64,000 nt of DNA from Chloroflexota bacterium. GTDB lineage: Bacteria > Chloroflexota > UBA11872 > VXOZ01. Of the stretch, positions 55,468 through 64,000 are shown piece by piece. The stretch's first letter is position 1, and every line of letters begins with the position of its first letter. A program made the position numbers and the translations under genes. The stretch spans positions 256,001 to 320,000 of the forward strand of contig CAXXVD010000001.1 of the NCBI GenBank assembly GCA_963662335.2. The letters are read 5' to 3'. The notes below the pieces were generated by a model, which saw only the letters and a program-made list of their open reading frames with translations, did no database searches and had not been told where the DNA came from.

Positions 55468-55827
55468 ATGATGGATCGCAATGGACGCGGCGGCGGCGGT
55501 GGCGGTGGTGGCGGCCGCGGTCGCCCGGGCGGCGGACGGTTCGGCGGCGGTGGCGGCGGCGGGCGCTTTGGCGGCCGGCGGCGCGGGCCGGGCGGACGCG
55601 GCCCCCGGCGGCGGCGCTCGTGCTACTTCTGCGGCAACGCGATCAAGGTCATCGACCACAAGAACGTCGATCTCCTCTGGAACTACCTGGACGATCGCGA
55701 AAAGATCGTTGGGCACCGCCAGAGCGGCACCTGCGCCAAGCACCAGCGGCGGCTGTCAACCGCCATCAAGCGCGCGCGCACGCTGGCCCTGCTGCCCTAC
55801 ACGCCCGAACACTCGCGCACGCGGTAG
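55468..55827 (+). CDS. rpsR: 30S ribosomal protein S18 (Zn-binding type) with Gly/Arg-rich N-terminal extension
   Basis: CYFC, IDHKN, SGTCAKHQR, AIKRARTLALLPY; rpsF-ssb-rpsR synteny. Confidence 0.94.
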   Translation: MMDRNGRGGGGGGGGGRGRPGGGRFGGGGGGGRFGGRRRGPGGRGPRRRRSCYFCGNAIKVIDHKNVDLLWNYLDDREKIVGHRQSGTCAKHQRRLSTAIKRARTLALLPYTPEHSRTR

Positions 55828-56031
55828 GCGGCCCGGCGCACGCCTGGGGCGTCTCTCCTTGCCGCGTGCAGCGAGCCAGCCGGAGGCCGTTCGCCGCACG
55901 CGGCGGCGCAAGCGCCTGCGCGAAGCGCTCTCCGCCGTTCGCGCCGCGGCCGGCAGCCGCCGCAACCCGGCGGGCGCGCCCATACGCGCCGCCCGGCCTT
56001 CTGTACGCTTTCTAAACGTTAAGGTCTCTCG

Positions 56032-57402
56032 ATGCCACGAAGAAAATCCGGCCAATCGCGCCGCCGCGCGCAACGCATCATTGCCCGTCCGCTGGAGCAC
56101 CCGGCGGAAGAGGGCGAGCCGCTGATATTCGGCTGGGGCGCGCATCTCTCGCGCCGCGAAAAAGACCGCCTGATGCGGCGGGCCGTAATGGCGGGGGCCG
56201 GTTTGATTGTCGGCGTCATCGCCCTCATTCTGCTCTACGCCTACCTGGACGAGTACGTGCTGCAAGCGCGCGCCGCCGTCGCCCGCATTGGCCCGGACAC
56301 GCTCGACGCCAGCGCCTACGCCGCGGATTTGGGCGCGGATCTTGCCCACCGCATCTACTACGCGGGCCAGGTACAGCGGCTTCTTCCCAAACTCGTTAGC
56401 GAAGAGGGCGCCGACGCTGCCGCCTTGAGCAACGGGGCGAGCCGGTTGTTGGCCCAACAGGAACAGCAACTCCAGTTCCTCCCCAGTGTTGTCCTAGAGC
56501 AGATGATCGAGGCCGTCATCGTGCGCCAGGAAGCCGCCGCGCGGGGCTGGACGTACACGGAAGCCGAGCGGGATGAGGCCGTCGCCGCCTACCTCGACGA
56601 GTTCAGCGAAACGCAGGTGCGCAGCCGCATCGAGGCCCTCATCCCGCCGCCGCTGCCTGAGCCCACGCCGATTCCCGGCGAGGCGGAGATACGGCAATCA
56701 GACCAGATGGTGGCCCGCGCCGATCTTGCCGCCGCGGCCACGGCTACGGCAACCGCCCCGACACCCACGCCGGCGCCAACCGCGGCTCCCCAGACGCCCA
56801 CGCCGGTCGTGCCCACGCCCACACCGGCGCTCGCGGCGCGCGTGGATGACTACCTGGCGGGTACCGGCATCGCGCGCGCGGACTTCGAGCGGCGCGTGCA
56901 GGACGCCTGGTGGCGGCAGCGGCTGGAGCGGGAGTCCATCGACGCCGTGCCCGCCAGCCAGGCGCAAGTCCGCGCCCGCCACATCCTGGTGACCAATGCG
57001 GAAGACGCCGCGCTCGTCAAAGAGCGGCTGGACGCCGGTGAGGACTTCGCCGAACTGGCCGCCGAGATGTCCCTGGACACCGGCACGAAAGAGAAAGGCG
57101 GCGACCTGGGCTGGTTCCCGCGCGGCGTCATGACGTCTGCGTTCGAGGAGGCGGCCTTTGCGCTGGAACTGGGACAGATTAGCGAGCCGGTGCAGACGCC
57201 GTTCGGCTTCCACATCATCGAGGTGCTGGAAAGAGCCGACGACGTGCCGCTGACAGAGAATGTCCTCTCCCAACTGCAACTCCGCGCCTTCAGCCAACTC
57301 CTCGCCGACCGCAAGGAGTCCCTGGGCGTGGAACGGCTGCTGACGCAGGAGATCGTCACCTGGGCCCAGCGCCACATGCCCCAACTGCCGGGAACACCGT
57401 AG
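56032..57402 (+). CDS. Membrane-anchored PpiC/PrsA-type peptidyl-prolyl isomerase
   Basis: N-terminal TM, Pro/Thr linker, VRARHILV, GEDFAELA, GGDLGWF, QTPFGFHII. Confidence 0.9.
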   Translation: MPRRKSGQSRRRAQRIIARPLEHPAEEGEPLIFGWGAHLSRREKDRLMRRAVMAGAGLIVGVIALILLYAYLDEYVLQARAAVARIGPDTLDASAYAADLGADLAHRIYYAGQVQRLLPKLVSEEGADAAALSNGASRLLAQQEQQLQFLPSVVLEQMIEAVIVRQEAAARGWTYTEAERDEAVAAYLDEFSETQVRSRIEALIPPPLPEPTPIPGEAEIRQSDQMVARADLAAAATATATAPTPTPAPTAAPQTPTPVVPTPTPALAARVDDYLAGTGIARADFERRVQDAWWRQRLERESIDAVPASQAQVRARHILVTNAEDAALVKERLDAGEDFAELAAEMSLDTGTKEKGGDLGWFPRGVMTSAFEEAAFALELGQISEPVQTPFGFHIIEVLERADDVPLTENVLSQLQLRAFSQLLADRKESLGVERLLTQEIVTWAQRHMPQLPGTP

Positions 57403-57450
57403 CGGCCGCTTCGGCCAGACGTGCCCGGGCTGGTGGAAGTCCGACGGCGG

Positions 57451-57642
57451 GTAGGGGCGGGTCGCGAACCAATGCCGTCGCCTTGAACAGAATGACGGCA
57501 AGACTTGCGAACAAGCTCTCCGGTAGCACAGGTTTGCAACCTGCGTCTTGGTAGGGTCAAGATGTTGGCATCGTCTGCCGGAGGGAGACTTGCGGCGATC
57601 GCCCTGCGTGCCTTGCACACCGGCGGCGGACAAGCCCCCGCT
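57451..57642. repeat. REP cluster between convergent PPIase and dinG genes
   Basis: gtaggggcgggtcgcgaacc (57451), gtagcacaggtttgcaacctgcg within 57517-57560, ggacaagcccccgct near 57628. Confidence 0.7.
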
Positions 57643-57705
57643 CCCTCGCGTGAGAACACAGGGCAAACCTGGCGCAAACGGCACCCACCAGCGCAGGCAC
57701 GCCGC

Positions 57706-59673
57706 TTACCGCAAGAACCGCTCCACCTCGCCAAAGTCCCGCGCCCGGCGGGCCGGCGGCAGCGAGTTGAGAATCATCCGGCCATAGAACTTGGTGTGGA
57801 TGCGGGCGTCCAGCAGCGCCATCACGCCGCTGTCCGCCGGACTGCGAATCAGGCGGCCAAAGCCCTGCTTCAGGTCGATCACGGCTTCCGGCAGCATGAG
57901 GTCCCGGAACCAGTTGCCGCCGGCTTCGGTCACGGCGTCCAGCCGGGCCTGGGAGAGCGGCGACGGCGCGGCAAACGGCAGCCGGTCGATCACCACCAAG
58001 GAGAGCGCCTCGCCCGGCACGTCCACGCCCTGCCAGAACGACTTGGTGGCGCAGAGCACCGCGTGGCCGTCTTCCATGAAGACCCGCAGCAACTCCCGGC
58101 GCGGCATCTCCCCTTGGCGCAGTAAGCGCAACCGTTCGCCAACGCGCCGCGTAAGCTCCTGGTAGCAGTGTTCCAGCGCACGGTAGCTGGTGAAGAGCAA
58201 GAACGCGCGTCCGTCGGAGGCGGTGACCAGCCGTTCCAGGCGGTCTACCAGAGCGGCCAGGTAGGCGTGCGCCTCGTCTCCCTCCCAGCGGGACGGCGGC
58301 GCGGGCAGTTCGCGCGGGCCCGGCGCCCAGATGAGCGCCTGCTCCTCGAACAGGAAGGGGCTGGCGCACGTGCGTTCGCGGTAGTCGCGCGCGCCCACCC
58401 GCGCGGCGAAGAAGTCCATGCGGCCCCCCACCGCCAGCGTCGCCGACGTGTAGATCGTGGCCTCCGTCCGCTCCGCCAGCGCCGCCAGGTGCTCCGAGAC
58501 GTCAATCGGCGTGTAGTGCAACTGCACGCCGCCGCGCCCTTCATCCACGTAGCGCAGATTGCCCCGCAGCGTCGGCGCGCAGAAGCGCTCCATCCGGTTG
58601 ACCGCGTTCTCCACCTGCTCGATGCGCTTCTCCAACTTCGCCTGCGCCTCCTCGCTGGGCATCTGGGGCAAACGCTCTTTGAGCGCCTGGTAGTAGCGAT
58701 TGAGCGCGCGCGTGACCGGTCCGCCGTCGAACGTCATAGTTTCCGGTACGGCCAACTGGCGGCTCCCCCAATCGCCCCGGCCTCGTTGCATGAGCAGCGC
58801 CGTGAACTGCTCCCAGCACGCCGCGACGCCCCGCTGGAGTTCGTCGCGCACGCCTTCCAAACCGGGTTCGTCGGGGATGAGGCGCGTCAGGCTGCGCGGC
58901 GTCAACGTATCGGTGAACGCGGAGTAGGCAAAGTTCTCCAGTTGGTGCGCCTCGTCGATGATGAGGAAGGCGTGCTGCGGCAGAATCCCGGCGAGTGTGC
59001 TCAGGCAGAGCAGCGCGTGGTTGCAGATGACCACGTCCGCCCGGCTCAACTGCTCGCGCATGGCGTAGTACCAGCACGAGCGGTCGTGATAGTAGCGGCA
59101 CCGCATCCCGATGCAGTCCGTGTCGGAAGCGACCGCGCGCTCGCGGAGTTCCGGCGCGAGCGCGAAACGCAGTTCGTCCACGTCGCCGGTAGTAGTTTCT
59201 CCCAGCCACTCCACCATACTCGCCAGCCCGTCCGGCGGGACTAAGCTGCCCGTCGTTTCATCCAGCTTGAGCTTACAGGCGTAGTTTCCGATACCTTTCG
59301 CCACGATGGCCGTAAACTCGATGCCAAACGGGGCCAACAACGCCTGCACGGCCGGCACGTCTTTGGTGAATAGTTGGTCTTGCAGCACCTTGGTGGCCGT
59401 GGAGATGATGATCGGGCCGCGCTTGGGGTCGGCGCGCCGGGCCAGGACCGCCGGAATGAGGTAGGCGAGACTCTTGCCCACGCCGGTGCCCGCTTCCACG
59501 ATGAGGTGGCGGCTCTCCGCCAGCGCCTGCCACACCGCCACCGCCATGTCCCGCTGTCCGGGTCGGTGCTCCCAGCCCTTCTCCGCCAGCAGGCCGCGCG
59601 GGCCGTAGGCGTCGGCAATGGCGGCGCTTTCCAGGCTGAAAGACGGCGCAAGCGTCGGTTCGGCGGGGGACAT
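57706..59673 (-). CDS. dinG: DinG/YoaA-family Fe-S ATP-dependent DNA helicase
   Basis: EAGTGVGKS, four Fe-S Cys, IIDEAH, TSATL, LFTSY, FWQGVDVPG, QGFGRLIR. Confidence 0.9.
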   Translation of the reverse strand: MSPAEPTLAPSFSLESAAIADAYGPRGLLAEKGWEHRPGQRDMAVAVWQALAESRHLIVEAGTGVGKSLAYLIPAVLARRADPKRGPIIISTATKVLQDQLFTKDVPAVQALLAPFGIEFTAIVAKGIGNYACKLKLDETTGSLVPPDGLASMVEWLGETTTGDVDELRFALAPELRERAVASDTDCIGMRCRYYHDRSCWYYAMREQLSRADVVICNHALLCLSTLAGILPQHAFLIIDEAHQLENFAYSAFTDTLTPRSLTRLIPDEPGLEGVRDELQRGVAACWEQFTALLMQRGRGDWGSRQLAVPETMTFDGGPVTRALNRYYQALKERLPQMPSEEAQAKLEKRIEQVENAVNRMERFCAPTLRGNLRYVDEGRGGVQLHYTPIDVSEHLAALAERTEATIYTSATLAVGGRMDFFAARVGARDYRERTCASPFLFEEQALIWAPGPRELPAPPSRWEGDEAHAYLAALVDRLERLVTASDGRAFLLFTSYRALEHCYQELTRRVGERLRLLRQGEMPRRELLRVFMEDGHAVLCATKSFWQGVDVPGEALSLVVIDRLPFAAPSPLSQARLDAVTEAGGNWFRDLMLPEAVIDLKQGFGRLIRSPADSGVMALLDARIHTKFYGRMILNSLPPARRARDFGEVERFLR

Positions 59674-59891
59674 TGGCGGCGCTTTCCCTTGCGTGCGTAT
59701 GGCAAACCGCAGGCGCGGCTAACCCATTCTAGCACGACCGCCCGTCCGGCCCGCGCCGCCGGGTGGCGGCGCGGGCGCGCATGGGGCGCGTTTGCGGCCG
59801 CAACGCGTACGAGCCGCCGACTACTGTGGTAGCTTTAAGGGAAGCGGCGCGCGGGGGAGCGCCAACAGGGATTGGTCGAGGAGAGCGTGAC

Positions 59892-61421
59892 GTGTCCACG
59901 CGGCTCTACGTAGCGGTATTGACAACCGGCATCCTTGCCGTTGTGCTGTGCGCAATGGCCGCGGCCGCCTACGGCGCGCTTGCCTACAGCCTGCGCGCGC
60001 AACTCGATGAGAGCATCGCCGCCGAGGGCGAGCAGCTAAGCCACTTCTTCTTGGCCGCAGCAGACTCGCCGTTCGCCGGCAATGCCTTGCCGGTCTCCGC
60101 GTCCCCGTTTGAAGCGGTTGCGCCGTCCGGTTCGGCTTTCCGGCTGGTGGCGGCGGACGGCCGCGTGTTGGCCCAATCGGCCGGCAGCGTCAACGCTCCC
60201 CTGGGCCGCAGCGCCTACGGCGCGGGCGGGGCGGGCCTGACCGCGGCCGCTTTTGAAACCGTTACCCAGGTCGGCGCGCGCTACCGCGTCTACTCCCTGC
60301 CGCTGCTCCTGCCCGCCCACGCGCCGGGCGTGCTCCAGATAGCGCGGCCGCTGACGCCGGTGGAACGGACCCTCTCCCACCTGCGCCTCGTGCTCATTGC
60401 CGGGGCGGGCGTTGGGTTGCTGGCGGCGGTGGGCATCGGCCTGCTGGTCGCCCACGTGGCGGCCAAGCCCATCGAAGACGTAGCCAGCGCCACCGCCCGC
60501 ATTCGCGCCTTTGGCGCGCAAGACGAACGCCTCGCCGTGCCGGGACATCTCCAGGAACCGCATTGGCTGGCGCAAAGCCTCAACCGGTTGCTCGATCGGG
60601 TCGCGCTGGCGGAAGAAGCGGCGGGCGAGGCGGACTCCGCCGGGGACGCGGCGCAGCGAGCGCGCCAGGAGCAGCGCGCGCAGGTTACGGCCTACGTCCA
60701 GCAGCAATTGGGACGGCTGCTCGCCGAGCAGCGCAGCCTGAATGAGTTTCTGCGAACGGAATTGCGGCCGGATGACGCCCGCGCGGGCGCGCCGGAATCT
60801 CAAGAACACGGCGCGCTGCAAGGCTTCTTGCGCACCGAGCCGCGCCGCTGGACCGAGGCCTACGATGACGTAGTGGCGTGGTTGGAAGCGCAGTCGGACG
60901 CGCTGGAGCGCTGGCTTGAGCGCCTGCCGCTCGCCCTTGGCGCGGGGGAAGAATCCCCGGTTGGGCACGCCGCGGTCTCACTGGCGCCGTTGCTCGCGCA
61001 GATTTGCCGGTCTCCGCGCGCCAATAGCGAAAAGCCTCTGGAGATAGCGTACCAACCAGAGGGCGCGCCGGTGGTGCGCGGCGAGCCCCGCAGCCTGCGC
61101 ATTGCCCTCGCCACGCTGGTGGAGCACGCCCGCGACCGCACGCTGCCGGGCGGCACGGTGAGCGTCCACCTGCGCTGCGACGAGCATACCGTCACGTTGT
61201 CGGTCGCCGATGCCGGACCGGACATCGCGCCGGACGACCTGCCGCGCGTCTTCGCGCACGCGTACGAGGCAGGAAACTCGGCCGGCGACCGCCGCCTCGG
61301 CCTGCCGTTCGCACACGACGTCATCGTGCGGCACGGCGGCGCGATTGCGCTCGAAAGCGCGCCGGGCGAAGGCGCCACGTTCACCGTGCGCTTGCCCCGG
61401 GACGGAAACGGTGGAATATAA
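59892..61421 (+). CDS. Degenerate (pseudo) sensor histidine kinase, 2TM-HAMP-DHp-HATPase
   Basis: Architecture like MprB/CssS, but the H-box reads YVQQQLG, the N-box LVEHA, G1 DAGPDI and G2 RRLGLP; GTG start at 59892. Confidence 0.75.
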   Translation: MSTRLYVAVLTTGILAVVLCAMAAAAYGALAYSLRAQLDESIAAEGEQLSHFFLAAADSPFAGNALPVSASPFEAVAPSGSAFRLVAADGRVLAQSAGSVNAPLGRSAYGAGGAGLTAAAFETVTQVGARYRVYSLPLLLPAHAPGVLQIARPLTPVERTLSHLRLVLIAGAGVGLLAAVGIGLLVAHVAAKPIEDVASATARIRAFGAQDERLAVPGHLQEPHWLAQSLNRLLDRVALAEEAAGEADSAGDAAQRARQEQRAQVTAYVQQQLGRLLAEQRSLNEFLRTELRPDDARAGAPESQEHGALQGFLRTEPRRWTEAYDDVVAWLEAQSDALERWLERLPLALGAGEESPVGHAAVSLAPLLAQICRSPRANSEKPLEIAYQPEGAPVVRGEPRSLRIALATLVEHARDRTLPGGTVSVHLRCDEHTVTLSVADAGPDIAPDDLPRVFAHAYEAGNSAGDRRLGLPFAHDVIVRHGGAIALESAPGEGATFTVRLPRDGNGGI

Positions 61422-62790
61422 GCCGTACGATCCGCTGCGCGGGGGCAAGCGGACGTGGCGGAGCCGCCTGCTGGTGCCGGGGGCAATCGGCGTTCTGCTG
61501 CTGGTGGTAGCCGCCGGCGCCGCGCTGACCGTGATTGGCGTCATGCGCCTGCTGGACAGTCCCGGCGCGGACACAACGGAAAACCGGCCCATCGTCCCGC
61601 TGCCCACCGTTGCGCCCACGCCTGCGCCCACTGCCGTGCCTACCGTCGCCCCCACCGCCGTGCCGACAGTCCCGCCGACTCCGGTTCCCACCGCCGCGCC
61701 GGCGCCAACTCCCGCGCCAGCGCCGACGGCCGCAGTCGCAGATAGCGTTGGCAACCCAATCGCGGACGTGTTCCTCCGGCTCAAGGGCAGCGTGGTGCGC
61801 ATCTCTACGGCGTCCGCGAACGTCGGCATCGGCCAGCCGTACGGCGAGGCCGGTTCCGGCTTCGTGATCGATGAAGACGGGCACATCCTGACGAACTACC
61901 ATGTCATCCAGGACGGCCGGGACCTCTACCTCACCCTGGACGACGGCACGCCGCTCACGGCGCGGCTCGTCGGCGTTGATCCAGGCTCGGACGTGGCACT
62001 GCTCCGGGCCGACATTCCGGCGGATAAGCTGGTAGTCGCGCCGCTTGGCTCCTCCGCCGGGGTCAGAGTTGGCGACCAGGTGATCGCCATCGGCAGCCAA
62101 TTCTTCGTCTACCAGAACACCATGACACCGGGCTACGTCTCCGGCCTGGGACGCCACTACGCCTTTTCCGGCCGCACGATTACGGGCATGATCCAGAGCA
62201 ACGCGGCCATCAACCGGGGGAGTTCCGGCGGGCCGCTCATCGACTTGGCGAAGGGCGAGGTGGTGGGCATCAACACGGCCATCCGGGGCACCACCTTTGC
62301 CGGCATCGCGCTGGCGCTGCCCATCGACCGCATCAAGCGCATTCTGCCCGACCTGCTAGCCGGCGAGACGCCGAAGCACGCCTGGCTGCCCGTCCACGGC
62401 GCCAGCATTACGCCGCAACTCGCGGCGCAATGCAAGTTGCCCGTAGACTACGGCGTCATCGTCTACGGCATCCTGCCGGGTTCGACGCTCACCGCCGAAA
62501 CTGATGTAACGAAGACGTTCAAGACCGGCGCCAACGGCGACATCATCGTCGGCATTGACGACCGCGCCGTGAGAGCGCTCAATGACCTGAGCGAGTACCT
62601 CGACACCCACAAGCAGCCCGGCGACGTTGTCGAATTGCGAGTCTACCGCGAGCGCAAGACCAACGAACTCTTGACGATAACGCTGGAAGAGTGGCCGAAC
62701 AAGGACGTGCAACCCTTGAGGCGGGTCGTAGACTGCTCCCAACCAACGAGCGCGCGGACTAGCGCGCTAACGGTCGGCAGGAAGATCTGA
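61411..62790 (+). CDS. htrA: HtrA/DegP-family serine protease with TM anchor, Pro/Thr linker and PDZ
   Basis: GSGFVI, LTNYHV, SDVAL, INRGSSGGPL triad motifs; GTG start overlaps the kinase stop. Confidence 0.88.
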   Translation: MEYKPYDPLRGGKRTWRSRLLVPGAIGVLLLVVAAGAALTVIGVMRLLDSPGADTTENRPIVPLPTVAPTPAPTAVPTVAPTAVPTVPPTPVPTAAPAPTPAPAPTAAVADSVGNPIADVFLRLKGSVVRISTASANVGIGQPYGEAGSGFVIDEDGHILTNYHVIQDGRDLYLTLDDGTPLTARLVGVDPGSDVALLRADIPADKLVVAPLGSSAGVRVGDQVIAIGSQFFVYQNTMTPGYVSGLGRHYAFSGRTITGMIQSNAAINRGSSGGPLIDLAKGEVVGINTAIRGTTFAGIALALPIDRIKRILPDLLAGETPKHAWLPVHGASITPQLAAQCKLPVDYGVIVYGILPGSTLTAETDVTKTFKTGANGDIIVGIDDRAVRALNDLSEYLDTHKQPGDVVELRVYRERKTNELLTITLEEWPNKDVQPLRRVVDCSQPTSARTSALTVGRKI

Positions 62791-63996
62791 CCCCCGCAGG
62801 ATGCGCGCCGCCTGCAAGGTCAAGAGCACCGTGCCGAAATTGAGCGCGCCGGCCAACACAAAGGGAACCGGCGCGGCCAGCCCGATGAGCACGCCGGCCG
62901 CCATCGTGCCGCCCAGATTGCCGAACGTCCACGCCGCCTCGGTGATGGCGGTGAGACGCCCTTGCTCGTGCCCCTCGCCCGAGACGCGCACGAGCGACGG
63001 CATCAGAGACGCCAGCCACTGGCCGCCCAGGCTGGTGAAGATCGCCGACGCGGCCAGCAACAGCGCATCGTCCACGAAGAGCGCGCAGCCCAGCGGGCCG
63101 AGAGCAAGCGTGAGACTGCTGGCGATCACCGGCGCGGCCCTGCCAATGCGATCGGAAAGCCAACCGACAACGAGTCCGGTAGACCCCGTCACCAACGCGC
63201 TGAGCGTGGCGTACAGGGCCACCGCCGTTACCGACTCCGTCAGGCGAAAGATGAGCAGCGGCAGCAGCACCGAACTCGTGCCAAGCCACCACGTGGGGAG
63301 AAAGCGAATGCCGATGAGGCGCAGGATGAGCGGCCGCCGCCACAAGTCCTGATAGGAGCGCAGCATCTCCCACGCGGACGACTGCTGGATCTGTTCCAGG
63401 CGGATTTGCGGCAGGAAGAGCACGCCGAAGAACACCAGCAGGAGATTGCCCGCCAACATCCCGATGCCCAAGGCGCGAAAGCCAAGTTGATCGGCTATAG
63501 GCCCCGCCGCCGCGTTGCCCAGCGCGCTGCCGATGGTTGGCCCGGCAAAGTAGAGCGCCCCCATCAATCCCATGCTCCCCAGCGGCGCGACCAGGGCCAG
63601 GTACGCGCGGGACGACGTGGTGCGCAGCGTGAAGAGCGCGCCGTAGAGCAGCGCCAGGAGCACCAGCAGCCGCGTGTCCGACACCATGAACATCAGCCCG
63701 CCGATGCTCACCGCCGTCATGCCCAGCAGCAGCAGGTACTTGGCGCCAACCCGGTCCGCCAACATGCCGCCGATGAAGAGAATGGCAAGCCGGATGGTGT
63801 TCTGCAAGGAGAAGAGCGTGGACGTGAGAATGGGCGAGCCGCCGAGCACTTTCTCCACATAAACGGGAAACAACGTGCGGCCGGGCGTGCCCAGCGTGGA
63901 GTTGAGGAAGAAGATCGCCAGAAAGAGAATAAGCGGCTTGAGATAGCGGTGTTCCGAGAGAGGGGAACGTGGGGCTGCGTTGTCGGGTGAGGCCAT
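62767..63996 (-). CDS. MFS transporter
   Basis: About 12 TM helices; motif A GMLADRVGAK and GWLSDRIGR. Confidence 0.9.
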   Translation of the reverse strand: MASPDNAAPRSPLSEHRYLKPLILFLAIFFLNSTLGTPGRTLFPVYVEKVLGGSPILTSTLFSLQNTIRLAILFIGGMLADRVGAKYLLLLGMTAVSIGGLMFMVSDTRLLVLLALLYGALFTLRTTSSRAYLALVAPLGSMGLMGALYFAGPTIGSALGNAAAGPIADQLGFRALGIGMLAGNLLLVFFGVLFLPQIRLEQIQQSSAWEMLRSYQDLWRRPLILRLIGIRFLPTWWLGTSSVLLPLLIFRLTESVTAVALYATLSALVTGSTGLVVGWLSDRIGRAAPVIASSLTLALGPLGCALFVDDALLLAASAIFTSLGGQWLASLMPSLVRVSGEGHEQGRLTAITEAAWTFGNLGGTMAAGVLIGLAAPVPFVLAGALNFGTVLLTLQAARILRGSDLPADR

Positions 63997-64000
63997 GCGC

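Overview
High-GC bacterial chromosome segment, most consistent with Chloroflexota (Chlor_Arch_YYY/DUF2298 membrane protein, alpha2-type GlyRS, type-2 IleRS, and a secreted plant-type LRR protein like those of sponge symbionts; the taxonomy is inferred). Housekeeping genes include miaB (partial), ileS, glyQS-recO, a CNNM/TlyC protein, glmU, tRNA-Gln, mrp, pyrE, tRNA-Leu-rpsF-ssb-rpsR, a PPIase, dinG and htrA. These are mixed with catabolic genes, a form II coxG/coxSLM molybdo-hydroxylase locus, a glycosylation cluster and two AT-richer two-gene defence-like cassettes (DUF262+HEPN; ABC-ATPase+PD-(D/E)xK). The top finding is a PTP/dual-specificity-phosphatase-fold gene (about 6029-6499) that the ORF track truncates. 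An in-frame UGA sits exactly at the catalytic Cys position and is followed by a bSECIS-like hairpin, and the catalytic Arg is missing, so this is a candidate new selenoprotein. Also notable are several REP-like palindrome families that have entered coding frames (glmU, the YYY protein, the fused ABC exporter), a GlmU with an apparently dead uridyltransferase half, an IleRS with the GVHH motif, a pseudo-histidine-kinase coupled to htrA, and a PP-loop gene with no canonical start codon. No CRISPR array, integrase or transposase was seen.
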